Shown in pieces: positions 1 through 13,511 of a stretch of 64,000 nucleotides of DNA. This DNA comes from Podarcis melisellensis (Eukaryota), in NCBI GenBank assembly GCA_964234715.1, contig OZ174289.1. One strand, written 5' to 3'. Each line of letters begins with the position of its first letter. The first letter of the stretch is position 1. Under the pieces are notes generated by a model. It saw only the letters and a program-made list of their open reading frames with translations, searched no databases and had not been told where the DNA came from. A program made the translations under genes and the position numbers.

Positions 1-3000
1 TGCCTATGCCTGCCTTACACTTCCACCCAAAACGATACTGTCCCAGCACTCTGCCTCATGATCTAAAAAACACAACGTGAGAGGAGAAGGAAAAAAATCA
101 AGCTTGGGCTTGCAATTCTTATAATAACCAGCTGGGGTGGAAACTGTGCAAGGAAGGCAGATAGAATATGCTCTTAAGTGACCGATGAGGGAGAGAGTAG
201 AAAGCAGCTAGTCTTTCAGCAAAGTTGGTGGAATAGTCCTGGTTCTTTTTCCTTCCTCCGCTCTGCAACCTGATGGAATAGCTGCTACTCGGTGACAGAT
301 GGAGAGCCAAAAGCAGCTGGTTCCAGCCAATGGAATAAGCCTGCTTCTTTCTTCTCCATCCGTTCTGCAGCCTGATGGAACGGCCTCTGCTAAGCACAAG
401 GCAGCTTCATATGCTCTAATTACAGTCAGACTGGAGATGTGTCATGTAGGATACAGTTAGCATGTGTAACTCACCCTTGAGAGACAAGGAGTTAGCAGAA
501 TTCCTCAGACAAGGCCTCAACAGCTCCAGTTGCTGGGAATACAGCAAAGGGAACTGAGTGCTTACATACTAATGTGGCCTGAAGCACATGAACAACAGCT
601 GGAAAACTGCTAAGTGAGAGCACTGGGAGAACTCCTGTTTTACACACACACATCATCTGTTTAAAGTTCATCAAACCACAGACACTCTGGTCATACTCCA
701 GTTAAAAAAACAAAAATCAATTAAGGCACTTTAATTTGCTTGGTTAGCATGTTTATTTTGATTGTAAAACCAAGCCATTCTGCTTGGAGAATCTAGTATT
801 TCCCAGTGCAGAAATCTAACGCTTCTGCTCTGGCCTTCGAATGGCAGAAACAGAAGCAGAATGCTAACCAGTGCATGATATAATGTGAACCCCTGAAGGA
901 ACCACTCCTTGTATTTTGATGGTGAGGAAAGAGGTGCTTGGAGAAGCTGTTTGCTATTTCCAGTTTTATGTTCGCAGGGCCTTCACCAAGTCTATGCTTT
1001 GGAAAGCCACGCTTCTCAGAAAGATATGGAAAGACAGAAAGAAGAAAGTGTTGAAGGGGAAAGAAAGAAAATCAGAGCAGAGAAGAGCCAGCTCCCCGAA
1101 GTCAAATCCAAAGGGCTGTTTCCAGCATGCTTACAGAAATAGGCATCACCGGAGTCAGTTCCCATTTCATTGCATTCTTGAATTTCTGGGGCTGCTCCAT
1201 TCCTACCACCTTGCCAAGAGAAAGAAGAGATCCTCGCAGTCTTGCCAAAAGGTGACAAAACAAAATGAAAACAAAAAGGTGGCCACAGCCAAACCCAGAG
1301 ATTCACCTCCAATCAGCCAATCCTTCTGTGAGGACAATCTCCTGGCTATTCCCAGGAAGGAACCAAGCAGAGAAATTGTTGATTTTATGCACATTTCTAG
1401 TGCCAATGAACAAACCATAGACAGCCCACCATGTTTCTGCACCCTATTAAGAGCTGAAATACGTGATGAAGAAAAATGACTCTCTTGCCAAACTGTACTA
1501 TTTCAAATCACAAGTGGGAAGAGATGGCATGCTTGACTGCTTCCCACGGAAGAACCTTGCTGGATCATGCCAGTGGCCTACCAGTGGCCATGCAGAGGCT
1601 TATAGGAAACTCAAAAGACGGACCTCAGCACAACAGCACTCTTCCCACTTGCGACTCCCAGAAACTGACATTCACAGGCACACTGCCTCCGCCGGTGGAG
1701 ATAAAAGTCTCATTTCACAACAAGAAAAACAGGGAGCAAAATATATCCTGCACTTGCAAAACTAAGATGCTGAGGAGAAAGAAGGTTGAGCAATGTAGCC
1801 TCCCTCCTGATATGCTAGCTCACTATGTGCAAGGAACTGGACCAAGATTGGGGAGTTTCCAACCCACAGATGGGATGCAACCCTCTGAATTTCCCTATCC
1901 AATCCCCCAGGCCACACCCCTCACTGCCCAGCTCTGTGCCCTCCTTGAGGCCTTTTGTGTCCTTGAACTATGATAGTGTTTCAGCGTCCTTTAACTGTGA
2001 CAGTGCTGTGATAAGGCTCGCCTGAATGGAAGAAGAACAGGTGTTGTTACTGAAAAGCTCAGTGCAGGTGGAACTTTGCACATGCCCATTAACCATGTGC
2101 ATCATTTACCTTTGCTCTGAGCCATAATGCTAGAACAGGTGTGGTAAACCTTTGGCCCTCCAAATGCTCCTGACCGTGCTTTCTGGAACTGATGAGAGTT
2201 GTAATTCAGCAGCATCTGGTGGGACAAAGGTTCTGCACACCTGCAGTAGAGGATCACCGTGATGGACAAAGAAAGCTCAAGTGCGTATGCTAGCAATAAT
2301 TTCAACTGAGCAATGCAAGCAGGGGATTGCAACCTGGCCTGCTTAATTCCAGCATCCAGAACACACCAGATAGCAGGTGCAACAGGTGTTGGCAAACTGA
2401 TATCACCATCCCAGAGGCAACAGGCCTCCGTGCCCCCGAGCTTCACACTCAGAGGAGTTCTCTTCAGCAAAGTGCTTTCACCCGCCCTGCCAGCTCAGCT
2501 GAACGTCCTCCTGTGCTAATATCAGAGGAGCAACACATTGCTAGAGTGAGACTAGCCCTCCAGACTATAGCCTGTGCCGGGAGATGCATGTGTGCATTTG
2601 AGGGCAGCGGTTGCCCCTGGGCTGTCAGTTCCCATCACAGGCAGCTGTTACTAGGCATGTGGGAGATGCAACAGAGATGAATGCAACAAACACGCTCTCT
2701 GCTCCTAAGTAATCACTCAAGTCAGCCTCGCTGTAGCAAACAGAAAAGAAACACAAGCTAAAGTGCCCACCGATTCTTCTGTGCATGATGGGAACACTTT
2801 GCTCACCCACACGCACACCTTGCACCACAAAGAAAACAGTAGTCTCATAGGAGACCAAAGGTTTGCAGAAGTACAAGAACAAAACTTTTTAAAAGTGTGG
2901 AGGGAGGGAAAACCTAAACACCCACTGAAGACCAAGCATGCTCCTGGCTTGCTGGGACCCTGAACAGGAGCACTTTTCACTCCTGACAAAACAAAGTGTT

Positions 3001-4019
3001 ATATCACTGTAAAATGCACACTGCCAGCATTGACTTACAAGAAGTCAGAGTAGTGCTTCAATCAACACCATTCATCATTTAATCTGATCTGGACCCACAC
3101 CAGGTTGGCAGAATTCAAAGAACTGGAGGCTGGTTCATTTGGTCAGATAGGGGCACTGCCCCACCAACCTTCACCTGCTCTCGGCCAACCCCTACCTGCC
3201 TGCCTTCTTACATACCACCAGCTCAGGGGCGCCACTGGCTTATCAACTGTTGTGGAACTCAGGAGAGAGAAGGATGGGGGCAAAACTACAATCAACTGGC
3301 TCTGCCCGTCATTGGCTCTGGCTCCACCTACTGTGGGGCTGCCCACTTCTGAACCTAGCAGTCCCAAGAAGGGCCTGTCACCCCTGGTTCAAAGAGGTGA
3401 ATGAGAAAACACCACTGCTCTGCACATGAGGTTGCCAGACTGCCAAGCTTATCACCTTGATTCAAATGGCACTGAAATGATGGAGGATTGCCATCCTCCA
3501 TCATCTCAGGGTGCTGAAAACCAGCCTTAAAGCCTCCACGGCTGTCATGAATCCCTCCTCTCTGCAACTTCTACTTTGGAACTAAAGTCAGTGGAATTTG
3601 GGCTGATCTTTCTATTTACCTGGCTGAGGGAAAGGGAGGGGGGAACATGCCAAACAAAGGAGCAGAGCAGAGCACTTGACGTATCGATTTTCTGTCCCAA
3701 TAATTCTGAGACTAAAGGCTTTAAGGAATCATTTTTTTGAAGTTGCCCACACGGACATGTTTTAAACCACAACAGCAAGCTGCTTTTCCAAACGCCAACC
3801 AGGCAGTGAAGAATGACTACACAGCAAGAGGCAGGTTGAAAGTCAACAGGCAAAGCAGGTTTGTTTGGGTGTAACCTTAAGGACACACACTGTGTCATTC
3901 GTTAGCACAGAGTGAAAAGATGGGGCAGAGGAAGACAAATTATGCTGCCATAGCTATCAATGGTTTTAAACAAACAGCCTATGCAACCATCCAGATATTA
4001 TTGGACTACGATTCTCATC

Positions 4020-4269
4020 AGCCGGTGTGGTGTAGTGGTTAAGAGCGGTAGTCTCGTAATCTGGGGAACTGGGTTCGATTCCCCACTCCTCCACCTGAAG
4101 CTGCTGGGTGACCTTGGGCCAGTCACACTTCTTTGAAGTTTCTCAGCCCCACTCACCTCACAGAGTGTTTGTTGTGGGGGAGGAAGGGAAAGGAGAATGT
4201 TAGCCGCTTTGAGACTCCTTAAAGGGAGTGAAAGGCGGGATATCAAATCCAAACTCTTCTTCTTCTTCT
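4020..4269 (+). mobile_element. tRNA-derived squamate SINE (Squam3-like)
   Basis: A box TGGTGTAGTGG, B box GGTTCGATTCC, about 250 nt, (CTT)n tail; interrupts an older hairpin repeat. Confidence 0.75.
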
Positions 4270-4611
4270 ACTGGCCTTTCTAGCTGGGGCTGATGGGAAT
4301 CGGAGTCCAAAAACATCTGAAATGAATAGGTCTCTAACATATTGTTATTAGCTGCTTTTGTTATACTGTGTGCATTGCCTTGAGATATATATCATTACCC
4401 AAGAAGGACTCCATAAGAGTAACTATTCCACTGGAGGGCTAGAAACCTATTTTAAAATTCCTTGGCACAAGCATCCTTAGCCTTCACAATAGTGAGTAAG
4501 GCTTAACCTACACTAAGAACTCATCACAAAGGTTAAAATGCTCAAGAACTGTACTACTTTAGGACCCGTTCTCTTTGGATATTTGCAGGCTGCTACACAG
4601 CTGTTTCGAAT

Positions 4612-4940
4612 GGGACACGGGTGGCGCTGTGGGTTAAACCACAGAGCCTAGGACTTGCCGATCAGAAGGCTGGCGGTTTGAATCCCACAACGGGGTGAGC
4701 TCCCATTGCATGGTTCCTGCTCCTGCCAACCTAGCAGTTCAAAAGCACGTCAAAGTGCAAGTAGATAAATAGGTACCGCTCCGGCGGGAAGGTAAATGGC
4801 GTTTCCGTGTGCTGCTCTGGTTTGCCAACATAGCTGTACGCTGTACGCTGGCTCCCTCGGCCAATAAAGCAAGATGAGCGCCGCAACCCCAGTCACCCGC
4901 GACTGGACCTAATGGTCAGGGGTCCCTTTACCTTTACTTT
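4612..4940 (+). mobile_element. Sauria SINE (small internal deletion)
   Basis: GGGACACGGGTGGCGCTGTGG head with A/B boxes, (ACCTTT)n tail, TSD-like tacacagctgtttc / tacaaagctgtttc. Confidence 0.9.
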
Positions 4941-6798
4941 ACAAAGCTGTTTCAGATAATGTGAGAAGCCTCCTGTCGCATGGTCCACCGTTCCCATGAC
5001 AGTATCGCTCCTCTAGCCAAGGCTACCAAGGGCAGAAGCCACAAATGGGTTTCCCCAACATAGCCTAGTTCTTCTTAGGAGAAAAGGTGCCATGTTGCAG
5101 AAGCTCCCACGCTGCCAACACAAGAGGAAAACATGGCTGGGGGAACTCTTTAGGCACGGGAAACTGAATCTGATGTTGCTGAGTATACCCAGGAGTTACC
5201 TTTTCCAATTAAGCAAGAGATATGAAAATCCTACCTATGTTTCAGAGAGTCCATACCCATGCCAAATCCAACACCACTTTACAAAAATAAGTTTGCTTGT
5301 TAAAGGGTTCTATGAGCAGGTTTGGCAAAACCAAATGTTTTCCAAAACAAGGGCGTGTACTCATCCCTAGGAACTAGCATGACATTTCTCAGCATTCCAG
5401 CAACCAGGTCCTTAGGGCTTTTCCAGACCTATTGCTGTAGCTCACTTTTTTTTTTTTGCATGACCCCTTTTTACACAAGAGTAGAGCTGCTTTGATGAAA
5501 ACTGCAACAGAGCAGATGGCAATGATAGGTAGTCCACGGTGGCCACTTGGCAGGGAATGAGAAGGTAGACTTGGTAGATTTTCTACTTTTGCTGAAAGGT
5601 AACATGCCTACAACGAGACTGATTATATAGCAGCAAAACAACTGGAAGGCAGAGTAAAGCCTTAACAAAAATGTATGTATTCTTCTCATTTACCTACTTT
5701 CGGAGCAGAGATCACAGGCAGGCGAGAAAAATAAAAATATTTGATTAAATTTCACTGTGCTGTGATTTCCTTTGGCAGGTGCTCTCCGCTAGATGTTGAG
5801 AGCCAAAGCACCCCGCACGCTCAGGCTCCCTTGTTTCCCCACTGCTCAGCATGCAAACACACAAACACCGATCAAAGCTCCACATGTCTTTGGGGAACTT
5901 TTACCCTACATTTCCCAGCTGGCTCAGAATCCATAGAACAACTGATTGGTTTCTAAAATGAATGCAGCTGAAGGATAACACAACTTTAAATAGCATAAGA
6001 CTTTTAAAAAAGAGAGAGATGAGAAATCTTGAAGGTGGTGCATTTCAAGATGGCATGAGGAAGGGGTAGAAGGAAAAGTGAGAAAAATAGTGCCAAATGT
6101 TCCAAGGCAGGACTCCTGCAAGAGGACACTTGCATATTTTATTCCCAGTACCCCCACCAGGTAGGTAATTTTTTAAAGCATCCACTACTCCAACCCTCAC
6201 CAGTGAGAAATTCTAGGGACAGGTTTGGCTTCCTCTTGAAGAGGAGATCACTGCCAACTTATGAAACTGCTGTAATATTTATTTAATCAGATTTATACAC
6301 CATTTAATAAAACAAAATATTCTGAACAGATTACCTTAAAAATATTAAATATATAGAAGAAAATACAGATAAAAGTCAACTCTGAAAATAAGCATGCATA
6401 AAATTCATCAAAATATAGATAAAAGCAACAGGTTTTTAAAAAGATACACATATGAAAATTATCTGTATTTTGCCTAAAGATTCTTTCTCCCAGCAGGTAA
6501 AGAAAACAATACAGCAAAGGGGCAAATATTAACTCGGCAGGGAGTTCTAAAGAGTACTGAATGAGGAGTTCCTTGCAAGTGAAAGAAAAATTGTAAATCT
6601 TGAAAATTGCTTGTAATATTTGGTTTATTTACAAATACACTAGGAGATCGAAGGTAAGAGGCATGCAATATAAATACACCCCCAGCAGACCCTCTATCAG
6701 ATTCCATCAGATTCCTGCAGCAATACTTGCCTAATTATTAGTTCATGAAGCAAGTGATGTCCACAATGTTTAAATGGGCTTTCTCAGGATACAGAGCA

Positions 6799-7074
6799 NN
6801 NNNNNNNNNNNNNNNNNNNNNNNNNNNNNNNNNNNNNNNNNNNNNNNNNNNNNNNNNNNNNNNNNNNNNNNNNNNNNNNNNNNNNNNNNNNNNNNNNNNN
6901 NNNNNNNNNNNNNNNNNNNNNNNNNNNNNNNNNNNNNNNNNNNNNNNNNNNNNNNNNNNNNNNNNNNNNNNNNNNNNNNNNNNNNNNNNNNNNNNNNNNN
7001 NNNNNNNNNNNNNNNNNNNNNNNNNNNNNNNNNNNNNNNNNNNNNNNNNNNNNNNNNNNNNNNNNNNNNNNNNN
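6799..7074. other. Run of N (assembly gap, 276 nt)
   Basis: Seen directly. Confidence 0.98.
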
Positions 7075-9956
7075 AAGCTGGTAACACTGAAGGTTTCTCA
7101 AGACAATAACCAGGAGAGCTTTAACTAGAGCTTAAAAAATTTTTAGATTGCAAGTCATCTGTTCAACAGGAGTGAAGGAGGAGCTGCTCAGCCCCAGAGA
7201 GAGTGTGAGAGGCAAACAGAAGACCTCAGGCAGGAAATACAAAAAACTGGGCATCTGTCCATCTCTGGTAATATTTGCATCAATCAGGAGGACTCTTGTA
7301 ATGTAGAATACAAACTATTCAAAAAAGGCAAGTCATAACATTAGGAGAGGCAAAGATGGAAATCAATGTGAGTGACAGGATAATTTTGATCCTGCATAAT
7401 CAGACGATAGTATTATTCCCTCCACAAAAGAGCACTAGAGGATGGAAACGTAACTCCAGAGAAGGAAGGAACTCTTAAACAGAATAACATTCTTCTTGGG
7501 CTAAACATCCCTCAGATCAACAGAACAAACAACCCAACCCAAAGGATGCACTTTTTGCCTAATGTGGGATGCCAAACAAAAAAGCTGGAGTGAAGCTACA
7601 CATTGGAAAACATCAGCGCTCAGACTGGCTACAGAAAACTAAGGCAGACTCTCTCAAAATACAGGGTCAGGAACTGCAAATTAGAAAGGTGGAACTTGCA
7701 AAGTGAACTGACAAAGCTAAGGGAAGTAGAGGAGGCATCTGAGAAGGGAGTGAAAGAGGCAGACCTGAGAGAGGAAATCACCAAACAGGATTTGTTTATT
7801 TATAACCTAACCTTATTCCAAGGAAGTCAAGACTGTGTATGCAGTTCTTTCCTACCCCACCCCTTTTATCCTCACAACAATTCTTTAGAGGCATCCATCC
7901 ATCCATCCATAGATCACAGGGCAGTTTGCCAAGTTTGTGTGACTGGTCTAAGATCACGCTGTGAGCATTTTGACTGACAAGGGATTTGAATCCAAGCCTC
8001 CCTGGTTCTAGACCAATACTCCAACCACTATGGAGTGTATCCAAATTGCCCTCAGGGTAGGCCCTCCAGCTGCTTTAGAACTACAACTCCCATCATCCCT
8101 AGCTAGCAGGACCAGTGGTCAGGGATGATGGGAATTGTAGTCCCAAAACAGCTGGAGGGCCAAGTTTGGTCATGCCTGGTTTAGGATTAAGACAAATTCA
8201 TGGAGGATAGGGCTATCGGTGGTTATGTTCTCTCTCAACTGCTGGAGGCAGTATGCTTCTGAATGTCAGTTGCTGGAAACTGCAGGAGGGGAGAGTCTAC
8301 ATCACTGCTTGGGGGGGTTGTGGGTGTCAGCAGTGGGGCCCTGCTGGGGTTCAGGTCTCAGCAGGTGCCCAGCAATGCCAATTCTGGGCACTGGCCCTGT
8401 CTTTTTGTCTTCAGTTCAAAGCATCCTTCAGATGCCATGGCTGTCAAACTTCAAGATCTAGATTTTCTTCCCGTGCAAAACCTAGATTGCAAGAGCTCAC
8501 TAAAGCCAAGAGAGCATACTCATTGGGAAATGAATCATGGGGTAAAAAGATTGGCCTTGAAATGGAAGTTCTCAAAATCCAATCTGAGCCATTAGCCATG
8601 CTGAATTCAAATAGCTCCCTAGACAGGGCTACACTGTCAAGGTTTCCTTTACGCTTCTACCACTTGGTCTGAGAGACCTCAAATATCTCCCAGCGGTCCA
8701 AACTTTTGAGTCTCATAGTCTTAATTTGCTTTTCCCCAGTCAAGCGTAATATATAAAATTCAGTAAAACAAATGGCACCAATGAGTAAACACGGCACTGA
8801 AAGCACTGAAATGTGTACATTAAAAATTACCAATCCTATTTTTTCTCCTTCTGAAATTTAAACAGGGTTATCATAATTACCTGCAAAAGCTTCCCAAGTT
8901 ACTAAAGCCGGGATAAACTAGAATGAGATTTTGCCCTACTAAGGTAGAGAAAATACAGCAGACATATAACTTTATAGAAACTTTCCTAAAATTTAATTAA
9001 AACCTTCCTTAGTTGGTTCTCCACAGCTGAGAGATTGCAGAGCCCAGGAAGAACAAATACAAAAGTTCATATTGAGTTCTGTTTGCTTGCCTCAGACGAA
9101 GCATAAAAGCAGAACACCCAAAACAATAAAATAACCGATCGGCCAGTAAGCAAAAGAAATGCACACAAAGGAACCCCAGAGAGAAACCACAAAGGCAAGC
9201 AGTGCTCAGTGACAAACATCATCAATACAATGTACAATACGGGAATCAAAAGTGTATTTCATGTTCCTTTGCAGAGGCCCAAACAAAAATAGCTGCATCC
9301 AATTGCATGAAGCGGACAGCCCCAAATTTCAGCTAGCCAAACTTTTAAGATTCCCCGCTGTTATGCTCACAGGCTACAGCATGCGCTGTAAGAGGGAGAA
9401 GGGAAGCATAGCTCTCCTGTGGTTTTTGCTGCCGCCGCCACCAAGTAAACCCTCTTTAGCTTCCCTGGATGCCTTCACTAAAACAGCTCTTTTATCCTCT
9501 GCTAACTTTCTTACTGACCCAGCCAAGCTTGGGGAGTGTGGAGAAGCAATTAGGTGAAAATAAAGGCACCAGACCAAGGTTAAACCAATAATGAATTTAG
9601 TTTGCATTCTAACAGTTTTTGTAAAGCAGCACAGCTTTTCTGAAATATTATTTCTAAGTGGGTGAGTGGGGAGGGGACAGGTTTTTTTTTTAAAAAAAGA
9701 ACAGTTCTAGCTGTTAAGTGTAGGACCAATGTTTATTTATTTACTGCCCTTGTGTATTGCCTTTCTGCCAAGGAGGCTTACCAAAGGGATTTTGGCAGGT
9801 GGGAAAGACAAAAGCCACCTGTCGATCACATGATGGCATAAGATGGACTGGTGGGTTGTCTCGCCCAACTAACAAGATTGTCCCATGGGATGGGGTCAGA
9901 TTTGGCTTTTGGGGAAACAAAAAAAAGGTTCCCCACCTGTAAACCACAGATTACCT

Positions 9957-10433
9957 TAAAGGTAAAGGTAAAGGGACCCCTGAACATTAGGTCCATTTGT
10001 GGCTGAATCTGGGGTTATGGCGCTCATCTCGCTTTATTGGCCGAGGGAGCCGGTGTACAGCTTCCAGGTCATGTGGTCAGCATGACTAAGCCGCTTCTGG
10101 TGAACCAGAGCAGCGCACGGAAACGCTGATCAGAAGGTCAGCGGTTTGAATCCCCGTGACGGGGTGAGCTCCCGTTGCTCGGTCCCTGCTCCTGCCAACC
10201 TAGCAGTTCGAAAGCACATCAAAGTGCAAGTAGATAAATAGGTACCACTCCGGCGGGAAGGTAAACGGCGTTTCATGCGCTGCTCTGGTTCGCCAGAAGC
10301 GGTTTAGTCATGCTGGCCACATGACCCGGAAGCTGTACGCCGGCTCCCTCGGCCAATAAAGCGGGATGAGCGCCGCAACCCCAGAGTCGGCCACGACTAG
10401 ACCTAATGATCAGGGGTCCCTTTACCTTTACCT
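9957..10433. mobile_element. Chimeric Sauria SINE: inverted 3' half fused to a head-less plus-strand copy
   Basis: 9957-10128 is the reverse complement of the SINE 3' half; 10125-10433 is a plus-strand copy lacking the A box; tails point outward at both ends. Confidence 0.88.
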
Positions 10434-10589
10434 AATCACAAACACCCTCTTTTTTGGGGGGGAAAGGTGGTGGACAGAGTGGTGGCAGAGCAGCTGCAAG
10501 CATCCCGGCATGACATGGATTATTGAGATCCTTTCCAACTTCTGTTCAGGCCTGCCCATGACTGCCTTTACAGAGAGCAGGACAAGGGA

Positions 10590-11840
10590 AGTGAGACCTT
10601 GCTTTTGCTTCTTGATCTCTCTGAGAGTTTCAATACCCTTGACCACTGCATCCTCCTGGACCGTCTCTATGGCATGGGAACTAGGGCCACTGCTGTTTTA
10701 CAGAGGTTCTAGTCCTACCCATGGAACGAAGTTCAGATGAAAGCACTGGGAGAATGCTTTTCAGTCCCTTGGTGGTTACATTATGGGATGCTGCTGGGCC
10801 CCATTTGATCCCCAATGCTATTTAATATCTATATGAAGTCACTGGGAACAGCCACCAGGAGTTTTGGGGGTGGTTGCCATCAATATGCAGCTGACACTCA
10901 ACTCTACTTCTTCATAATATCTGAATCAGGAGAGGCCACGTGCGCCCTGGACCAGTGCCTGAAGACAGTGGTGGGACGGATGAGGAAAATAAATTGAGCT
11001 TGAATCCTGGAAAGATGGGAGACGCTGTGGGCGAGTGATTCCCATGTCTGAGAAAGTGGTCAGCTGTCCACTCTGGACAGGGTTTCACTCCCCATGAAGG
11101 AGGAGGTATGTAGTCCGGGGGATGCTTCTAGATCCAGCTTTGTCACTGGAGGTCCAGGTATCTCCAATGGCTAATAGACCTTTTACCAGCTGTGACCTAT
11201 CTTGGACTGGGGGAGCTTGACCATTGTAGTTCAGCCACTGGTGACTTCAATATTGGATTACTGCAGTGTACTCTTCATGCAGTTTCCCTTGAGTTTGATC
11301 TGGTGCAGAATGCTGCAGTGTGTTTGCTGGCAGGAGTGAGACCCTGTCAGCATGTAATAGCTCAAAGATCTCTGCAGGTTGCCCATTTGCTACAGGGCCA
11401 AGTTCAAGGTGTCACTATTAGAATACAGAGCCCTTAACAGCTTAGGAGAAGAGAACTTGCAAGATCGCCTTAACCCCATAGGTGCCCCCTCGACTGCTTT
11501 GATCTGTGGAACATGCTTTGTTGCAGGTGCAACACACAACTCATTCCACCCATGTAAGAAATTCTTTCAGTGTGGTAGTACCTACAATTTGCCTACTGAT
11601 ACCATGCAACTGCCATCATTGTGTTATTTTCAGTGCCTGATTAAAGCATTTTTTCCCTAGCCAAACGTATCCAGACATGTACATATTGACATGTTTTGAT
11701 CTCTTTCAATTTAATGCTGATTGTAATTGTTTTTAAAGCAATTAGTGATGACTTTAATATTTCCTGTAAACCACTTATCAAGGTTTTGTTCCAATCAAGC
11801 AGTATATAAATTTTGTTAAATAAAATAAATAAATAAATAT
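10590..11840 (+). mobile_element. Degenerate L2-clade LINE (RT region to 3' end)
   Basis: Frameshifted RT motifs LFNIYMK and HQYAADTQLY (decayed YADD), later YRAKFKV..YRALN, and an (AAAT)n tail. Confidence 0.8.
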
Positions 11841-12272
11841 CCCCATAGCAGCAGTAACACAATTCTCCACTATAAAAGCATTCTTTTTCTTTTTAAACTT
11901 GCAGGAAGTGAAGAAGAAGAAGCAGTGGCAAGAAGAGAAAGGTGAGCCTTTAACATCTCAAGAGAAGTATGAAAAGTCAGATTAATCAAGGCTACAAGGT
12001 TTAAAGTAGTGCCAGCACCTTGGTCATAGCCATAATTAAGCAGACCGAGTTCAGGATGCCCAGTTCGGGATGCCCAGTTAATGTGCAAAGCTAAAAAGCA
12101 AACAGCATCCTGCTTTGTGACCCATGCAGAGAGAGCTGGTCTTGAAAGGCAGTCCTCTACAACAGCATGGGCGGGTGGGGAATCTGAAGGGACTATTGCT
12201 TTCAAGAGATACAGGAATGGTCGCTCTCTCACAAGACTCCCTGTCCAGCTGAGTATGGTTCTAGGTCTAGAG

Positions 12273-12497
12273 CTGTGGTTCCCAACATGCGGCACACGCT
12301 CCACAGAGGGGGACAATTTGATTTTTAAGGGGGACAACTTGGAAGCTTGTTTAGACCAACTTAATGGCCTTTTAGGCTTCCTCCAGGTGAACAGGAGTTC
12401 ACTTTTTGAATAATAAGACTTATATGTCCCGGGGGGGGGGTCAGGATTTTAGAGATGCTTAGGTGGGGCATGGCCAAAAAAAGGTTGGGAGCTACTG
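12273..12497. mobile_element. hAT (Charlie-type) MITE
   Basis: TIRs ctgtggttcccaac / gttgggagctactg; TSD gtctagag / gtctagtg. Confidence 0.75.
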
Positions 12498-12564
12498 GTC
12501 TAGTGCATGGAAGACAATCTTACTTGGCTATGAGTGATTGCCAAAGAAGAAGAAGGGTCTAGAG

Positions 12565-13511
12565 CAGTGTTTTTCAACCTTAGGGCCCCAGGTGTTGGAC
12601 TACAACTCTCATTGTTTTGAGAAGGTTAGCCAGTGGGAGTAGTACAACAACGTCCAGGGACCAAAGGCTGAAAAACACTTGGTCTAGAGCAGGCATGTCC
12701 AACTCCCAAGAGACTGCGATCTACTCCCACTATAAAAAAATGGCAGTGTTGAGCTTTTTGGGGCAGGGTTGATCAGTTGTTGAGCTTCTTTTGGGGAGGC
12801 TTCATCAAAGTTGTTGCACTTCTTTGGGGGGAGCGATCCATCATGATCACACAATCAACCGCGATCGACCAGGGACGCCCCACGATCGACTGGTAGATCG
12901 CGATCAAACGGTTGGACAGACTTGGTATAGAGAATGTATGTCCAACGCGTTGACCACAATAGACTCAGGGATCATGCAATGATTTTGGTTGATTGCGGCC
13001 GCCTCAAGCACCCCACTCGGCCGCTGGCTTTGCCCAACGCCCGGTCAGCTGGCTGGCCAGAAAGGCATAAGGCACCTGCCTCCAACCCCTGCAAGCTGCA
13101 GCCCCAGCAGGGAGGTGAAAGTAAGCCGCTCTCCCTCCTAGTTCTGCATGGATGCTTAACTTTCCCCACCTTTCCAGCTCCAGCCTAGCTGCATTTATTT
13201 GAAATTAAGCCGCTACCCCCCCCCCCATGGAGTTCTTCCATCCAGTAAAGGGGGAATTGGACGCTTTGGGACATGTTGGCTTCCAGTGTGCACCAGTGGC
13301 CCTGAGAGGGGACTGGTGTGGGGGTAATAATTTGTTATTATTTTTATCATAATCATAATTTATTATTTATACTCCACCCATCTGGCTGGGTTTCCCCATT
13401 GAAATATAATATGGTTAAGTTGAAGAATGACAAAGAGAGAGTGTGGTAGATCACTGCCAGTTTTTTATATTGGATGGTGGATCGCAACCTGTTGGGTGTT
13501 GGACGTGCCTG
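12565..13511. mobile_element. Three abutting hAT/Charlie MITEs (12565-12681, 12690-12924, 12933-13511)
   Basis: Each has TIRs; they are separated only by the 8-bp target copies gtctagag, gtctagag, gtatagag, gttgagag. Confidence 0.7.

Noticed and set aside
230-384. Degenerate ~100-bp-period duplication
   Set aside because: Only two diverged units; an ordinary local duplication.
916-1973. 187-aa and 165-aa plus-strand ORFs
   Set aside because: No recognisable domain or splice structure; consistent with chance ORFs.
4020-4092. tRNA gene
   Set aside because: The A/B boxes belong to a SINE head that continues into a SINE body and (CTT)n tail.
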